From contig JBLDXI010000033.1 of the NCBI GenBank assembly GCA_047495785.1, forward strand, positions 124,001 to 188,000: a stretch of 64,000 nucleotides of DNA, given 5' to 3'. The notes below the pieces were generated by a model, which saw only the letters and a list, made by a program, of their open reading frames with translations, made no database searches and was not told where the DNA came from. Within the stretch, counting starts at the first letter, position 1. Each line of letters begins with the position of its first letter. Shown here one piece after another: positions 60,274-64,000 of this stretch. The DNA is from Lepidodermella squamata. Its lineage: Eukaryota > Animalia > Gastrotricha. Both the position numbers and the translations under genes were made by a program.

Positions 60274-63200
60274 ATGAAAACTTTTGAGGCTTTGTTCGGT
60301 AAATTCGAGTACGGTGATAAAATTTCTTCGCCGAATGCAGACGTATCGGAAACACTAAACTTGTTAACCGGTATCAAATCAGTCAGCGATGTTACGCAGC
60401 TACACAAGAATATTCGAACCGAACTGAGCGGCGGTGAATCCTTCCTAAAAGAAATCGCTGATAAGCAAGAAAAGCTGCGTCTTGAAGGCAACAAATTATA
60501 CGAAGCTGAAGATTTTCTCGGCGCCTTTGAGACATACAAATCAGCGGTTTGTTCGAGCGACTGGCCGCCGCCCAGCGACACTCGTTTCTACACAAATGCC
60601 GCGCTATGTTTGATTCGGCTGCAACGGTTCGAGGAAGCGGCCGTCTACTCGAAGTTGGCCTTTCAAATCGACAAAAATTCCGCCCGGGCGTGCCAGTTGT
60701 GTGCCATGGCTTTCACGCATTTGGGCTACGACGAAATAGCTGGTAAACATCTGAGAGACATTCGGTACGCCATGCCTCCTGTAACCCCAGATTTTCTCAA
60801 AGGTAAGAAAATTTGTCATCCGGCACGTGAATGATTTCATCCGAAGTGCGACTCAATTTTAACAGTATTTACTCCTTAATTACAACTGCCTTGCATTTAA
60901 ATTTCCCTACGTACCGTAATGTTGGGCAATAGTCTGTATTTCAAAAGTTAAATGTAGCTTTTGTTCTAAAAATTTGTTTATGCATTTTTTCGTCAGACGT
61001 ACCTATGTCTTCATTTTATCCGACAACCTAAAATTTGACATTTCTGGTGGAAATAAGACATATATGTCTGAATATGTCTGATAAAAGAAGATGTCTGATG
61101 TCTGATGAAAACAGTTTTGCTCTCCGGAAATTGGAAACCGAAGTGAAATTTTACCTGCAAATCCATAATTTTTCAATATTGAAATTTAACACGCGTTTGC
61201 CCAATTTCAGATTAGCCCTCCGATTTATTTTCGCCACTGGAAAGAAATTGCGAAAAATTGTACGCGAATTTGGAGTAAATTGTGATTTTTCGCTAAGCTG
61301 CTGTCCACTGGTTTGAAGTTCGCGAAACTAGTTGATGCGCGATTAAAAAATCACTGATATAATTCCCTGAAGCTAAAAGCCTAATGTCTTCGATGCTGTT
61401 CTAGAGAGTAAGGTCTTTTATATTGCTTAAGAAAGAAAACAAAAAATAACGTAACGAAATATAATGCGAGGGGAGCGAGCCGATTTTTCGGCGATTCGCC
61501 TCTGAAAATGCGAAAATAAGCATCTCGAAGCTGGTTTTTTTCTTAATAGGAAGGAATTTTAGGTCTCCTTCTAACTTCCTTTCGGACAGATTCCAGATCA
61601 TTGAAAATTGGCACTAATGAAAATAGGAACTGTTGGCTTAGGGGAATAGAAAACAAGAGGAAAATGGATATTTTTCGATTTAGTTGCACAAAAATTGCGA
61701 ATTGTTAACTCAAAAAAATTCCTAAACCTGGCCGGCTTCATAAGGTTTGAAAATTGTACGCCGATTAACTATGCCCCTACCCCTTTTACTCAACGAAGTA
61801 TTTTTATAATATGGAATATTATAAGGAATATAAGGAATAAGGATGAGGACTATTTTTTGTGTCTGCCACTGAGCGTGGTCCAGTGGGCAAAAATCGGAAC
61901 ACTGATTATTCGATTATTTGAGACGCACACGAAGAAAAATTGAGAAATTGCAAGATCTAATTTATTTCCGTCTTAATTGCTCCATCGCTCAATTGTGTTT
62001 GGAAACCCAGAACCCATTCTCTACGATCAACTCGCAATTTCTTTGTACTATTCCGAAGTCTTTTTGCCTGATTCAAAATTCTTATTCGGTCAGTTACATT
62101 TTTCCGCACAGGCCCTGGCAAATCCTATCGAAATTATATTTGCCCGTTTACAAATGAAAAGTGGGGCTTGGCGAAATTTTCGACTTCGTGAGAATTGTGT
62201 ACCACTTTGAAGATTGATGAACAAGGAGTCGAGGGTTAATCTTTTTTCATCTTGCCAAAATATTTTTTCATCTTGCCAAACATCTTTTTCTATCTAACCG
62301 AAAATTTCCATCTTTATTCATCTAACCAGCATTTTCTTAGGTTGACATGAATTTAAAAAAAAAAATCTAAAAAATACGATAAGATAAGAAAAATAAAATA
62401 AATAAAAAGAGGTTGATTATCAGGGTCGCTGAGAAATCGGGCTTGAAAGTTCACCAGTGAAAAATGCAAATTTCGAAAAAAGTGCGACTAAAATTAAGTT
62501 ATTGATGCCTCAATTAATAATTTCCTGCGCAATAAATTCTAGTGTCTCCACATCAACCTGAATCAATTATACTTGAGTGCGACACTCTTGTGTTTACTGC
62601 ATTTTAAGGAGAATGGGAGCATCCTAGAGGTCTGAAATTTGTAAATTAAAAATTCTCAAGAAAAAAGTGACAACATGTTAAGTCAACACACTTTTTATAG
62701 ATTTGCTGGAAAATGAAAAAAGTTCGCCGAACCTCACTTTTCACTCGTTAAAACGGTCATTTTGGTTGTTTTTGCGGGACTTGACTGCTGATAATTTTAG
62801 GCGGACTTAGAGTGAACGGTTCTAACTTCGGACACGAAACAGTCAAAGAATTCTCGGCTTCTGTGGGAATGAAATGGGGGAAAGTGCCAAGTGGCAAACC
62901 TGTGGCCTGGCTATCTGGCTACCTGTAGCAATTTTCCAAATTTTTACATCTATTTGCCTTGATTTCCTGTTAATTGTTCAGCCATCATGGCGCTGTCCGA
63001 AGTTAGGGCCCTAAGTGCCCTAATTTCGGACACATCAAGGTAAATCACATTCACCTTGAATTTGGAGTCATTCGAAAGCCCTCTACTAGGCGATGAGGAA
63101 TATCTGGTTTGCCGCTTTAAAAAAGATCACATAGCATCGATAAAAAATATTTATATTTGAAAAAATTCATGAACAATTTGGCGTATTTTGACTAGATTTC

Positions 63201-63988
63201 CTTGAGACAAAGGTATACAGTAACTAGATAACAATGGGAGTGGCAAGTGTGCACCTTAAATTTAGGGTTCCAGCACTAATATTGAGACTCCGGCCCTAGA
63301 TTTCCACTAAATATGGGTTTTCGGGTTTCAAGTCTCCACTAGAATCTAAATTTTCCTCTTATCATGCCTAACCGATAGATCGTCATATTACGAGTATTTT
63401 GCGCTATAAGCGGTCCGTTTACGAGTTATACTTAAGCCTGCAGAGCTGATATCGATTCCAAGTATCGATTTAAAAAATCAGTGATTTTACCGATATCACC
63501 CGTTATGGAACCCAACATCGATAGTTTTCTATGCAGCTTAGGGCACCAGGTAGCTAAAATAACAAATCCTAGGTTCAGGGAGGGCATCAGTATCGATCAA
63601 ACTGAAAACACCGAAATCGCATTAAGAATGTTTGTTCGAGCGGCCGAGTGAAAAATGACCAAAAAAAGCTTTAGAATTATGAAATTATAAAATATGAATA
63701 ATGAAATATGAACTATATGAAATATGAAATAGGTAATATAGCGATTTTCAGATTCAAATGCTTCTTGAAGTAAAAACGCGCGCGAAATGCAAGTGATAAA
63801 CACGCGGACCTCTGCTAACCGCAAAGAACGAGGCTAACCGCGAAAAAGCGACGGGAAAATCGTGGCTTGAGAATCACTGAATTAAGTAATCCCCTTTGTA
63901 CCTATCATTTTGCATCATTAGTATCTTGATTTCAGGTGAATTTTCAAAGCTAAAAGCAATAGCTAGATTGAACATCAACAAAAATTAA
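60274..63988 (+). CDS. TPR-repeat protein (three TPRs, co-chaperone-like); second exon tentative
   Basis: KLRLEGNKLYEAEDFLGAFETYKSA / RFYTNAALCLIRLQRFEEA / ARACQLCAMAFTHLG. A phase-1 donor AAG|GTAAGA at 60802/3 is compatible with the acceptor TTCAG at 63935 (GEFSKLKAIARLNINKN*). Confidence 0.7.
60986..61111. repeat. Imperfect fold-back (MITE-like) element in the TPR intron
   Basis: TTTTCGTCAGACG..GTCTTCATTTTATCCGACA is approximately the reverse complement of TGTCTGATAAAAGAAGATGTCTGATGTCTGATGAAAA. Confidence 0.5.
62822..63032. repeat. Inverted-repeat motif (TGTCCGAAGTTAG) in three copies, including a 16-bp-stem hairpin
   Basis: TGTCCGAAGTTAGGGC-CCTAAGT-GCCCTAATTTCGGACA at 62994-63032, plus CTAACTTCGGACAC at 62822-62835. 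Likely a DNA-transposon terminal remnant. Confidence 0.5.
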
Positions 63989-64000
63989 AAATATAAATTT

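Noticed and set aside
62243-62330. Short direct repeats (TTTTTTCATCTTGCCAAA x2, ATCTAACC x2)
   Set aside because: Ordinary intronic micro-duplication.

Overview
Compact, gene-dense animal (invertebrate, probably spiralian) genomic DNA with mostly ~45-60 nt spliceosomal introns. I can support about 18 protein-coding genes: two intronless divergent Cys-loop channel paralogs, an orphan coiled-coil gene, TRIP4/ASC-1, EBAG9, Kidins220, a CYP44-like mitochondrial-clan P450, UBAP2L/lingerer, GLMP, CFAP161, an ADAMTSL4/THSD4-like gene with an intronic tRNA-Val(CAC) and a decayed inverted copy, a LamG-EGF-ShK-Sushi membrane protein, a GRAMD2-like gene, two adjacent glycosyltransferase-like genes, three intronless GABA-B-like class C GPCRs (one truncated) and a TPR gene. 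LINE and MITE remnants are also present. The most notable signal is a probable eukaryotic operon/trans-splicing architecture: co-oriented genes, three junctions only 87-128 nt apart, with a 3' splice-acceptor-like AG just upstream of each ATG and sometimes an AATAAA about 30 nt before that AG. Also notable are two intronless tandem receptor families that look like lineage-specific chemosensory receptors, a possibly horizontally acquired glycosyltransferase, and three GC-AG introns. Family calls come from recognising motifs by eye; no database searches were run, and exon boundaries were read by hand.
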